DNA of 64,000 bases from assembly GCA_046304755.1 (NCBI GenBank), contig JBKCDO010000253.1:15359-79358 (forward strand). The letters run 5' to 3'. Below the pieces are notes generated by a model. The model ran no database searches and was not told the origin of the DNA. It was given only the letters and a program-made list of their open reading frames with translations. Within the stretch, counting starts at the first letter, position 1. Every line of letters starts with the position of its first letter. The translations under genes and the position numbers were made by a program. Source of the DNA: Flavobacteriales bacterium (GTDB lineage Bacteria; Bacteroidota; Bacteroidia; Flavobacteriales_D; Sanyastnellaceae). This document shows, piece by piece, positions 30,137 to 39,659 of the stretch.

Positions 30137-30279
30137 ATTGATTTTCAGTGATATAAAATAGCTTTTTAGTGTATCCAAAACGGCCTTCATCCCGTAGAAA
30201 CAGGCTCATGGCCATCAGGTTTGCGAAGACCTCGGTTGAGCCGTGCAACATTTGACCCAGTGTACCGTCTGATAGAATA

Positions 30280-30287
30280 TACCTTTG
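30280..30287 (+). promoter_or_regulatory. candidate Bacteroidota -7 promoter box (TAnnTTTG)
   Basis: TACCTTTG matches the TAnnTTTG consensus, 35 nt upstream of the ATG at 30323. No well-spaced -33 TTG was seen, so support is weak. Confidence 0.3.
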
Positions 30288-30322
30288 TCTCTCAAACCGA
30301 AAGGCAAAAAAACACCCCGGGT

Positions 30323-33300
30323 ATGGCTATACTCAGAATTCTGACGTGTCTCTGGTTATGCGTGGCGACAACTGTCGTTCAAGCGCAATTAGCTACAACA
30401 GGCACGGATTTCTGGTTTGGCTTTTTCGAAAACATCAGTAATAGTTCTGAAAATGTTTTAGTTGTGACCATCACTGCTCAGTCAGCAACATCCGGTACGA
30501 TTAGTATTCCGGGGCAAAGTTGGCAACAATCGTTTTATGTCAATGCTTCGGGAAGCACGGTTGTTGAAATTCCCCTACTTGAGGGAGAAGTGACCTCGAA
30601 TGAATTCATTGATAATCGTGCAATTCACTTGGAATCCAACGGCCCTGTGTCGGTTTTTGCCACGAACTACGCAGAAAGCAGCAGCGATGCAACTCGGATT
30701 CTTCCAACCCCTCTGCTGGGCACGAAGTATATCGCGGCGAGTTATGCCGGAGCCAGTAATTCAGGCTCACAATTGATGGTAGTCGCCACGGAAGACGGCA
30801 CTGAAGTACAGATCACTCCCAGTGTTACCACTTCGGCCGGTAATGCTGCCGGTGTTCCTTTTACCATTCAACTTGAGTCCGGACAATGTTATCGCATGGT
30901 CGCTTCGGGCACCGGTGATTTGACAGGGTCGCAACTTTTCGCAACAGCTGCCAGTGGGAAGTGCCGGCCATTTGCCGTTTTTGGTGGCGCTATCTGCGCC
31001 AATATCCCTTCGAATTGTGCGCTTGCTTGCGATCATTTGTATGAGCAATTGTATGATTTAGAAAAATGGGGAACATCCTTCATTATCACTCCGTTTGATT
31101 TTGTCATTAACCCAAGCTATTCAGGGATAACAGCACCGCGATACAGCTATCGCATCCTTGCATCAGAGGGCGGTACCAACATTATGATTGATGATGTAAC
31201 CGCAATTGTTCTTCAGTCCGGGCAATTTCAGGAGTACACAAACGAAACGTTACCCCATGTAATCGAGGCTGATCATCCTATTCAAGTTATTCAATATATG
31301 CAGGGAATTTCCTGCGCTGGTAATGGCGATCCGGCAATGGTAGTGCTAGAGGACGTTCACTCACACGCTACAGTGGATGTCATTGACGCAGTGGATGTGG
31401 GTGCGCTTAGCGAGCACTATGTGAATATCGTTATCAGTGCGGACGGACTTGGTTCATTTGCTCTAGATGGTGCTGTGATTCCGGCGAATCAGTTTGAGCC
31501 AATTGGTGATGCCGATGGTTTCTGGACAGCAAGTTTTCCGCTGACTTCCGGTCAACATTTACTGGAATGCCCATCCGGCTTCAATGGAATTCAGTATGGC
31601 CACTCCGGGAATGGGGCCAATTCAACGAGTTATGCGTTAAGTCTTCCGGCGGTAAAAACTGTTCAGATGATGGACTTCGAGCAAAACCTTTGCACCAACA
31701 CACCGTCGTCACTTCAAGTGCCTGCGAATTACACTTCCCCGCGTTGGTACTATGCGACCGATCCCGCCACGCTTATTTCAACCGCGAGTCCATTTCCATT
31801 GAATGCACCCATTCAGAATGCGATTTATGAGTTACATGCCGACGATGTTTTGTCGGGGTGTGTCGATACGTTCTATTTCAATGTTGCCTCGCCTGATCCA
31901 ATTCCGATTACCATTTCGCAGGATCAACTCAGCGTGTGTTCTTTTGAACAGGTGACGTTGACAGCGCACGCCTTGCCTTCCACCGCAATCTATGAATACA
32001 GCTGGACTCCGGAAGGTGCAATTGTCAATGGAGATCCTTCCATGATAAGCGTTCAAGCGGAGGAAAATGCCTCGTATCAAGTGTTGGTTTCGACTATCGG
32101 AGGTTGCGCACAAACGCTCGACAACTATACGTTAGTCGTTACTCCGGGAAGTATTGCCTCATTTGAAGTCATTGATGAGGATGTGCGTGTGTGCGAGGGC
32201 CAATCCGTGGATTTACATGTGGAAACCGAGCAAATCATCTGGAACGACAACTTTGATCCGGCCATCTCGTGGGGCGATTGGCAAAGTATTCTCGGCGGCG
32301 TGGAGAGCAATGTCTGCGGAACCATGGGTGGTAATGGCCTTTATTTTAATGGCTCCTTTCCACGTGAGGCCATTACACAACCACTCGATTTAAGCGATGG
32401 AGCAACTGTCTATTTCTCCTTGAAAATTGCCAATGGAACAGCACCATGTGATGATGCGGAGCCCGGCGATAATGTAACGCTGGCTTATTCCGTGGCCAAC
32501 GGCCCCTGGATTACTATTCAAACCTTTTACGAATCCGCTTATCCGGATTTCGAAGCCCTATCCGTTGTGCTACCTGCTGCCGCCTCGAATGCCAATACAC
32601 GTCTGCGCTGGCGACAAGGTGGTTCTTATTCGGCTAATCAAGATAATTGGGTTCTTGAAGATGCGTATGTGGGTCAATTGGCTACTGCCACATTTAACTA
32701 CGCTTGGTCGCCGAGTGCCGGTCTGACCGGCATATTTGGCGATGTTGTAACAGCAACACCGTCACAAAGCACTTGGTACGAAGTAACTACTGTCGACCCG
32801 TCGACAGGATGTGACTATGTTGATTCTGTCTTTGTGGATGTGGGCCCACAGTTCACCCTTGCCTTGACTCCTGACGAAACGAGATGCATACAGGAGGATA
32901 TTGTGCTCACCGCTGTTCCTGATGAGCCGGGCAATTATTCCTATACCTGGGCTCCGACGGCGGGATTGCAAGGCCCGTTTGCTTTCAATCCCTTGGCCAA
33001 TGTGACACAAACTCAGACGTATACTGTAGAGGTCGTATCGGATTATGGCTGCTCGGCTCAAGGTCAGGTGACCATCACGCTCGGATCTTTCTTTGAATTA
33101 GTGCTTGATGCTGTGGATGATTCCATTTGTGCAGGTGATATGGTCGAAGTCGAGGCCTTGCTCACAGGACAGACTAATGGAATAACACTTACTTGGAGCG
33201 GTGATTCGAGCATTAACAATACACAAGCTGCTACTATCACAGCTAGTCCGCAGCAGGATGTTACACTCACATGTTTGGCGGAACAGCCAAGCACGGGTTG

Positions 33301-34513
33301 TTCGGTTACGGAGGAAATTGTGGTGGATGTGACGCCGGCGTTTAGTGTGACCTTATCCCCGGGTCTTATTGAGACGTGCGAGGCCACGGGAACTCCGATT
33401 CAGGCTAGCGCGAGTTTGCCCGAAACGGTGAGTTGGAATTGGAGTCCGGGACTGTGGGTCGCAGATTCTACTCTTGCGAATACTACGCTGGCCTCAGAAT
33501 CTTCAGGGTCATTGATTGCCACGGCATTATCTGCTTCGGGATGCGTAGCTTCTGCAACACTTGTCATTGAAGTATCCCCATTGATTACCGATCTCGGTCC
33601 TGATTTCGGTTTGTGTATCGGGGAAACAGCCACACTTGAAGTTGATTGGCCTGCGAATTACGCTGTAACCTGGAGCACGGGAGTAACGGGAGCTTCACTG
33701 AACGTATCGACTTCTGATGTTTTCAGCGTCGAGGTGATTGCTCCCGATGGATGCACATCACGCGATACAGTGGAAGTGGTTGTTTACGATTACCCTGAGC
33801 TGGACTTAGGACCGGATACAGCGTTTTGTGCCGGGGAGGAACTGCGCTTAACGGCGTCAGATCCGGGATTGGATTATCTCTGGAATACGGGACAGCTCTC
33901 AAGGCAAATAGACGTGAGTGAAGCGGGGATTTATTCCGTAGAGGTAACTAACGGCTATTGTTATGTCTATGATTCTATTGAAATCGCCGTAAATCCACTG
34001 CCCGTTCAACCCTTCCTTTCATCCTATACCACATGCTTCGAGGCTGCCATTGAACCGTATTACCTCGATGCAGGAAATCAAGGCTGTACCTATGTCTGGA
34101 GCAATGACTCCACTGCGCGTGTACTTCTCATAGAAGCCCCCGGTAATTATAGCGTGTGGATAGCTACAGCAGAAGGATGTTCGCAGGAGTTTGAGACTTC
34201 CATCGAACAGGAATGTCTGGAGGCCTTGTATGCACCAACGTCATTTACACCGGATGGCGACGGTATCAATGATGCCTGGTTTGTTTATGGTGTCGATATC
34301 GTGAATTTTCACGTGCAGATATACAACCGTTGGGGTGAGCTTTTCTTTGAAAGCTCAGACTTGAATACACCGTGGCTCGGACAGCGGCGTGACGGTAATC
34401 AGTATGCGCCGACTGAGGCGTATGACTATGTCATTCGTTACCAGAAAATAGAAGACGATGGCAGCCGCAGCCTGGAGCAGGTGATTCGTGGAAGCGTCTT
34501 ATTGATACGCTGA
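30323..34513 (+). CDS. giant cell-surface protein with T9SS type B C-terminal sorting domain (gliding-motility-associated CTD)
   Basis: ORF 30221..34513. ATG at 30323 gives the signal peptide MAILRILTCLWLCVATTVVQA|Q. IgGFc-binding-like N-domain. A series of Ig-like modules, each opening with C.G..V.L. The last ~95 aa are FTPDGDGINDAWFV...IYNRWGELFFES...PWLG...YDYVIRY, the hallmark of the type B CTD. Confidence 0.85.
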   Translation: MAILRILTCLWLCVATTVVQAQLATTGTDFWFGFFENISNSSENVLVVTITAQSATSGTISIPGQSWQQSFYVNASGSTVVEIPLLEGEVTSNEFIDNRAIHLESNGPVSVFATNYAESSSDATRILPTPLLGTKYIAASYAGASNSGSQLMVVATEDGTEVQITPSVTTSAGNAAGVPFTIQLESGQCYRMVASGTGDLTGSQLFATAASGKCRPFAVFGGAICANIPSNCALACDHLYEQLYDLEKWGTSFIITPFDFVINPSYSGITAPRYSYRILASEGGTNIMIDDVTAIVLQSGQFQEYTNETLPHVIEADHPIQVIQYMQGISCAGNGDPAMVVLEDVHSHATVDVIDAVDVGALSEHYVNIVISADGLGSFALDGAVIPANQFEPIGDADGFWTASFPLTSGQHLLECPSGFNGIQYGHSGNGANSTSYALSLPAVKTVQMMDFEQNLCTNTPSSLQVPANYTSPRWYYATDPATLISTASPFPLNAPIQNAIYELHADDVLSGCVDTFYFNVASPDPIPITISQDQLSVCSFEQVTLTAHALPSTAIYEYSWTPEGAIVNGDPSMISVQAEENASYQVLVSTIGGCAQTLDNYTLVVTPGSIASFEVIDEDVRVCEGQSVDLHVETEQIIWNDNFDPAISWGDWQSILGGVESNVCGTMGGNGLYFNGSFPREAITQPLDLSDGATVYFSLKIANGTAPCDDAEPGDNVTLAYSVANGPWITIQTFYESAYPDFEALSVVLPAAASNANTRLRWRQGGSYSANQDNWVLEDAYVGQLATATFNYAWSPSAGLTGIFGDVVTATPSQSTWYEVTTVDPSTGCDYVDSVFVDVGPQFTLALTPDETRCIQEDIVLTAVPDEPGNYSYTWAPTAGLQGPFAFNPLANVTQTQTYTVEVVSDYGCSAQGQVTITLGSFFELVLDAVDDSICAGDMVEVEALLTGQTNGITLTWSGDSSINNTQAATITASPQQDVTLTCLAEQPSTGCSVTEEIVVDVTPAFSVTLSPGLIETCEATGTPIQASASLPETVSWNWSPGLWVADSTLANTTLASESSGSLIATALSASGCVASATLVIEVSPLITDLGPDFGLCIGETATLEVDWPANYAVTWSTGVTGASLNVSTSDVFSVEVIAPDGCTSRDTVEVVVYDYPELDLGPDTAFCAGEELRLTASDPGLDYLWNTGQLSRQIDVSEAGIYSVEVTNGYCYVYDSIEIAVNPLPVQPFLSSYTTCFEAAIEPYYLDAGNQGCTYVWSNDSTARVLLIEAPGNYSVWIATAEGCSQEFETSIEQECLEALYAPTSFTPDGDGINDAWFVYGVDIVNFHVQIYNRWGELFFESSDLNTPWLGQRRDGNQYAPTEAYDYVIRYQKIEDDGSRSLEQVIRGSVLLIR

Positions 34514-35506
34514 TTATTCCTTTCCTTCAATGATGCGGTAGAGTTCATCCAGCTTTGGTTGCAGGATGATTTCGATACGGCGGTTTTTTGATTTATCAGC
34601 GGCATCTACGGGGTGATATTCACTACGGCCCGCGGCTGAAAGAATTTGCGGGTGAACATTGCTGTTGGCCATCATGATTTTGACGACTTCTGTTGCGCGC
34701 AATACACTTAAGTCCCAGTTGTCTTTTGGATAGGCTGCTGCGTTCAGTTTGTCGGTGTCAGTATGACCTTCGACAATCACTTCCATATCGACTTCATTTT
34801 CGATGGCTTTTGCTAAATCGATGAGCGCCTTCTTACCACCGGGATCCACTGCAGTGCTTCCGGTTGCGAAGAGCAGCTTCGCTTCCATGCTGACGTAAAC
34901 TTTGCCGTCTTTTTCGCTTACGGTAAGACCTTTATCCTTAAAGCCGAGCAGTGCTGCCTGCACTTTGTTTTTCAGGGCTTCACTTGCTGCTTGCTGATCA
35001 TTGAGCAATTGTTGCAAATCGTCCAAACGCTTTTGTTTATCGGCCAGTTCAGCGTTGGTTTTATCGATAGCGGCCTGCTTTTCATTCAGATCTTTTTCAA
35101 GACCCTTGAGCATATCTTCTTTGCGTTGCAAAGATTCCTGTGTGCGATTAAGTTCCTCAACCAGTTTCTTGTTTTCACCCGTTGCCTGACTTAGCAATTC
35201 AGAACTTTTCTTGGAAAGGATTTCGTTAAGCTCGTTGATTTTATCATACTGCGCCTTGAGTTGACGGTATTCCTTGCCCATCTGAAGCGTGTCTCCCTGT
35301 AACTCCTTGAGTTGATCAGATTGTGCCTCTATTTTGTTATTGAGATCCTTGTTCCCCGCCTCTAATAATTCATTGGCTTTTTTAAGTGCCGCTAAATCGG
35401 ATTCACAAGCGTTTTTCTTGGTTTCCATTTCAGCATACTTACGTTGAGGCACACAGCTGCTGAGGGCAACAGTGAAAAGGGAAAGTACAATCAGGAGGTT
35501 CTTCAT
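34514..35506 (-). CDS. OmpA-family lipoprotein with long coiled-coil
   Basis: 330-aa ORF. Lipobox ALSSC, ~170 aa of heptad-like E/K/Q/L-rich sequence, and a C-terminal OmpA_C peptidoglycan-binding domain (VEGHTDTD...NWDLSVLRA...GRSEYHPV...NRRIEI). Confidence 0.85.
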   Translation of the reverse strand: MKNLLIVLSLFTVALSSCVPQRKYAEMETKKNACESDLAALKKANELLEAGNKDLNNKIEAQSDQLKELQGDTLQMGKEYRQLKAQYDKINELNEILSKKSSELLSQATGENKKLVEELNRTQESLQRKEDMLKGLEKDLNEKQAAIDKTNAELADKQKRLDDLQQLLNDQQAASEALKNKVQAALLGFKDKGLTVSEKDGKVYVSMEAKLLFATGSTAVDPGGKKALIDLAKAIENEVDMEVIVEGHTDTDKLNAAAYPKDNWDLSVLRATEVVKIMMANSNVHPQILSAAGRSEYHPVDAADKSKNRRIEIILQPKLDELYRIIEGKE

Positions 35507-35600
35507 GGCATTTGCGGGTTACTCCCCAAATTTCAACATTCACAGTGGCGTCACATCAGGTGAAAGCACTGATTTTTGAACCATCCATTGTGCAGCAGTC

Positions 35601-37310
35601 TCAGGATAACCAGGCTTGAACTTCCTCCAGTTGAATAGCCGGAATCTCAAGCTTATTCTTCTTGCGATAGCCGTTCAGATTCTGGTGGATGGCGGTGGGT
35701 TTCGCAGTAGTCAATTTTTCGATGGAATCGTAACCTGCGCGGACCACGTGTTCAACCCAGATTTCAGGAATTCCGAGTGCCATGAAAGCGCCAAGGTCAG
35801 GGCCTGTCTGGAATTTCTCGGGACGCATTTGCGGGAAGAAAAGTACTTCCTGAATCGCCTCGTTGTTGGTAAGGAACATGACGAGTCGATCAACCCCAAT
35901 ACCCATTCCGGAAGTTGGTGGCATACCGTATTCCAATGCGCGCAAAAAGTCCTGGTCGATGAACATCGCTTCATCATCACCGCGCTCTTGTAGCTTCAAT
36001 TGATCTTCGAAGCGTTGACGCTGATCGATAGGGTCGTTGAGCTCGCTGTAAGCGTTTGCCACTTCTTTACCGTTAATCATGAGCTCGAAACGCTCGGTCA
36101 ATTCCGGGTTGTCACGATGACGCTTGCAGAGCGGTGACATATCCACGGGATAATCCATGATGAACGTGGGCTGAATGAACTGACCCTCGCACTTTGCGCC
36201 GAAAATTTCATCAATGAGCTTGCCTTTACCCATCGTGTTGTTTACCTCGATACCAATGCTTTTGGCAAACTCAGCCAATTCTGTTTCCGACTTTCCGGTG
36301 ATATCGAAGCCGGTGTATTGCTTGATGGCATCGGTCATGGTGATGCGCAAAAACGGCTTGCCGAAGTCGATGGTGCGATCGGCAAACTGCACGGTCGTTG
36401 TTCCCAGGGCATGCTCGCATACATGGCGCAGCATCGCTTCTGTGAAGTCCATCATCCAGTAATAGTCTTTGTAGGCCACATAAATTTCCATTACCGTAAA
36501 CTCCGGATTGTGCGTGCGGTCCATTCCTTCGTTGCGGAAGTTGCGACTGAACTCATACACCCCTTCAAATCCACCGACAATGAGTCGCTTTAAATACAAT
36601 TCGTTCGCGATGCGCAAGTACATGGGCACATCCAACGCGTTGTGATGCGTTATGAATGGGCGGGCCGATGCACCTCCGGGGATAGCCTGAAGCACGGGTG
36701 TATCCACTTCGAGATACCCTTGCGCATTGAAAAAATTGCGCATGGCATTTACAATCTTCGTGCGCGCAACGAATGTGTCGCGGACTTTTTCATTCACTAC
36801 GAGATCCACGTAGCGCATACGATAGCGCAACTCGGGATCACTGAAAGCATCGTGTACAACGCCGTCTTTGTCCGTTTTGACCACAGGTAGCGGCTTGATG
36901 GATTTGGCCAAGAGCTGAAGCGATTCTACGTGAATAGAAATTTCTCCCATACGCGTAGTGAAGAGCTTGCCCGATACTCCGATGAAATCGCCGAAGTGCA
37001 ACAAGTGCTTGACCACTTCCTTGTACAATGTTTTATCGTCACCCGGACAAATCGAGTCGATGCTGATGTAGATCTGTACTTTTCCCGTGGAGTCTTGCAG
37101 TTGCGCGAAACTGGCTTTACCCATGTCGCGCATATTGTGCAAGCGACCGGCGATGCGCACTTCTTTTCCTTCCACATAGTTGCCCAGAATTTCCTGAGCA
37201 GTAGTGTCTGTTTTAAATTCTGCCGCAGGAAAAGGATCAATGCCCAGTGCGCGCAATTTGTCGAGTGATTCCCGACGCACGATTTCTTCCGGAGAGAGGT
37301 GTTGAATCAT
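35601..37310 (-). CDS. lysS: lysine--tRNA ligase (class II) with ~70-aa C-terminal extension
   Basis: 569-aa ORF. OB-fold N-domain and class II motifs (FRNEGMDRTHNPEFT, GMGIGVDRL). The sequence continues 70 aa beyond the usual ...FPQMRPEK end. Confidence 0.95.
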   Translation of the reverse strand: MIQHLSPEEIVRRESLDKLRALGIDPFPAAEFKTDTTAQEILGNYVEGKEVRIAGRLHNMRDMGKASFAQLQDSTGKVQIYISIDSICPGDDKTLYKEVVKHLLHFGDFIGVSGKLFTTRMGEISIHVESLQLLAKSIKPLPVVKTDKDGVVHDAFSDPELRYRMRYVDLVVNEKVRDTFVARTKIVNAMRNFFNAQGYLEVDTPVLQAIPGGASARPFITHHNALDVPMYLRIANELYLKRLIVGGFEGVYEFSRNFRNEGMDRTHNPEFTVMEIYVAYKDYYWMMDFTEAMLRHVCEHALGTTTVQFADRTIDFGKPFLRITMTDAIKQYTGFDITGKSETELAEFAKSIGIEVNNTMGKGKLIDEIFGAKCEGQFIQPTFIMDYPVDMSPLCKRHRDNPELTERFELMINGKEVANAYSELNDPIDQRQRFEDQLKLQERGDDEAMFIDQDFLRALEYGMPPTSGMGIGVDRLVMFLTNNEAIQEVLFFPQMRPEKFQTGPDLGAFMALGIPEIWVEHVVRAGYDSIEKLTTAKPTAIHQNLNGYRKKNKLEIPAIQLEEVQAWLS

Positions 37311-37394
37311 AGCGCAAATGTATCGTTGGATTTAAAACGCGCGCCTTCACGGAGCTGCTGAGAAGTCAACAATTTCCACCCATTTATTGATAGT

Positions 37395-37424
37395 AAAAAA
37401 AAGCCCGGCTGCAAAAGCCGGGCT
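37395..37424 (-). terminator. rho-independent terminator after the ppiD-like gene
   Basis: Plus strand reads AAAAAAAA-AGCCCGGCT-gcaaa-AGCCGGGCT. On the minus strand this is a perfect 9-bp GC-rich hairpin followed by a U8 run, 24 nt past the stop at 37448. Confidence 0.85.
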
Positions 37425-37447
37425 TGTATTCTCGAGTTACGCGGGTC

Positions 37448-39490
37448 TTATCGACGCTCGTAACGGTTGTCTTCGATTTCAGCCGCTTCACGGAAGGATG
37501 TGAAGATGGTGTTCGTTGTCTTCTGCTGGTAAGAAGCCGTTGTGCGATCACGATCTGATTCGTAGTTGTCGGCTGATTCGCCAACTACAACGTCAGCGCT
37601 GCGCTGAATGACATAAACGCCGCCTTTGCCGGTGATGGCTTTCGACATTTTGCCTGTTCCAAGACCAAAGCAAGCACCTATTACCACGTTTTCCTGGCCG
37701 CTTACGCCTGACATCGGAAGGTTAGCGCTGCGCATAGAAACGTTATCTGCTTTCTTCACCTCAGAACCGATGCGCGATGCGATCTCAGCCAAAGAGCCTT
37801 CATTCATCATAGCTGCATATTTCTCTGCTTTTTTCTCTTTAATGGTTTCAGCCTTCATGACGTCGTATACGTTTTCGAAGGTTGGAACGCCTTTTTCTTT
37901 CACTTCTGTCAACGCAGCGATGATGTACTCTTTGCCAATCATCATCGGCTGAGAAACTTCACCGAGTTCTGCGCCATATGCCCATCCGGTTAATTCACCT
38001 GCTTCAGCAAGGGCGCCAACAGAAGTTGCATTTGGCTTAATGTTTTTACCATCGATTAGAGGTGTTCCGCCATTGAGTGTGTCGGCTGCGGTGCGGAAAG
38101 CGAGAGTATCACCACAGTTCAGAGAGAATTCTTTTGCGGCAGCATAGGCACCTTTGATGGTCTTGCTGCTTGGCTCAATAACACGATCGATTTGTGCCAC
38201 CTTGGTGTAAGGGAAATTCTTGCCGGTAACTTCGATGAGGTGCCATCCGAAATCGCTTTCTACGATTTGCAATGAACCTACAGCGCCATTGAAGCAAGCG
38301 TCTTCAAAAGGCTTGACCATAGCACCGCGGCCGAACTTACCCAGGCCACCACCGTTGGCGCCGCTTCCCGGATCTTCCGAATACTGCTTAGCCATTTCTT
38401 CGAAGTTTTTGTTGGCACTAATTACGTTTTTCAACGAATCCAGTTTTGCCTTACCTGTTGCCTTGTCCTTGATGAGGATGTGGCGAGCTTCAACTTGGTT
38501 GTTATCCAATCCGCGCTTGCTTGGCTTGATGAGGAAATAACGGCCATTGCTGACAACAGGACCGATGACAGTGCCGAGAGAATCACCTTTGATGCGTGAC
38601 TCGATATCGGCCGGGAACATACCATCTGTGTAGTTCACATAGGCTTCAGCAACGTTTCCGGTATTGTTGGTTGCAAACATGGAGTCGTTTGCAGCGGTGC
38701 GGAAGTCATTCATGATTTTTTCCAAGGACTCACGCAGTGAAGCGCTGTCAGCAGGAGTGGCGCGCACAGGGAAGGAGATATACTTCACCGAGCGGCTTGT
38801 TTCCTGACGGTACTCGCGCTCGTTTTTGTGTTTGTTGTAATAGGCGCGAACATCGCTGTCGGTCCAGGTAATGGTGCTATCGGGAATTTCAGTGAAGGTC
38901 TTCACGACATAGTCCACAGAAACCTTATCGTTTGCGGCTTTGAAGGCCCATTTAGCATCGATGTTGTTGGCAAAAGCTGCTTTCTTCAACATGAGATCGT
39001 ACTTCTCTTTCTGACGCTTCTGCATGATGAGTTTTTTCCAGTTATCAGCCATTTTAGTATCCATACCGTCGAAGCTTTTGCGCACTTGCTCTTTTAGCGA
39101 AGTGCTGTCTTTTCCTCCATAGATAGTGCTCTTGACGAATGGAGAAAGCAACTCACCGAAAGTGATTTCTTCATACTCTTCCTCGGAAATTTCAATGCCG
39201 AGGTTTTCGAATTCATCTTGGTAAATAATATTCTCTACCAATTGATTCCATGTGTCGTTGGAAAGCGATTGCTCGTTGCCTTGGTACTGGAAGAGCGGTT
39301 CGCGGTCTTGCAGCGCACGCTGCCATTCCTGAGCGCTGATGGTTTGTCCATCAATCTCGCCGATGGCGGAATTGCTGTTTCCAAAAAGGGACATCACCGC
39401 GTCGTAAGGGATGAGGAAGGAGAGGAGACCTACTCCTACCATAGCCAACAACAAACCACGCTGCTGTCGGATTTTTTCAATCATTGCCAT
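37448..39490 (-). CDS. periplasmic chaperone / peptidyl-prolyl isomerase, PpiD-like
   Basis: 680-aa ORF. N-terminal membrane anchor (LLLAMVGVGLLSFLI), SurA_N-like region, and a parvulin domain (ARHILI...GGGLGKFGRGAMVKPFEDA...GWHLIEV). Confidence 0.85.
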   Translation of the reverse strand: MAMIEKIRQQRGLLLAMVGVGLLSFLIPYDAVMSLFGNSNSAIGEIDGQTISAQEWQRALQDREPLFQYQGNEQSLSNDTWNQLVENIIYQDEFENLGIEISEEEYEEITFGELLSPFVKSTIYGGKDSTSLKEQVRKSFDGMDTKMADNWKKLIMQKRQKEKYDLMLKKAAFANNIDAKWAFKAANDKVSVDYVVKTFTEIPDSTITWTDSDVRAYYNKHKNEREYRQETSRSVKYISFPVRATPADSASLRESLEKIMNDFRTAANDSMFATNNTGNVAEAYVNYTDGMFPADIESRIKGDSLGTVIGPVVSNGRYFLIKPSKRGLDNNQVEARHILIKDKATGKAKLDSLKNVISANKNFEEMAKQYSEDPGSGANGGGLGKFGRGAMVKPFEDACFNGAVGSLQIVESDFGWHLIEVTGKNFPYTKVAQIDRVIEPSSKTIKGAYAAAKEFSLNCGDTLAFRTAADTLNGGTPLIDGKNIKPNATSVGALAEAGELTGWAYGAELGEVSQPMMIGKEYIIAALTEVKEKGVPTFENVYDVMKAETIKEKKAEKYAAMMNEGSLAEIASRIGSEVKKADNVSMRSANLPMSGVSGQENVVIGACFGLGTGKMSKAITGKGGVYVIQRSADVVVGESADNYESDRDRTTASYQQKTTNTIFTSFREAAEIEDNRYERR

Positions 39491-39659
39491 AAGTCAGTCT
39501 TTCTTAAAATTTCGGGGTGCGAATATCGTAAATACACGCTATACTTCAATCGGATAGCTTTAAATAATTGACATTCAATATTTAGAAAACAGACTCCAAT
39601 TTGGAAACCACTGTAAATGAGGCGATAAGAATTGCGGTGTGCGGAACGCGTCGCTAATT

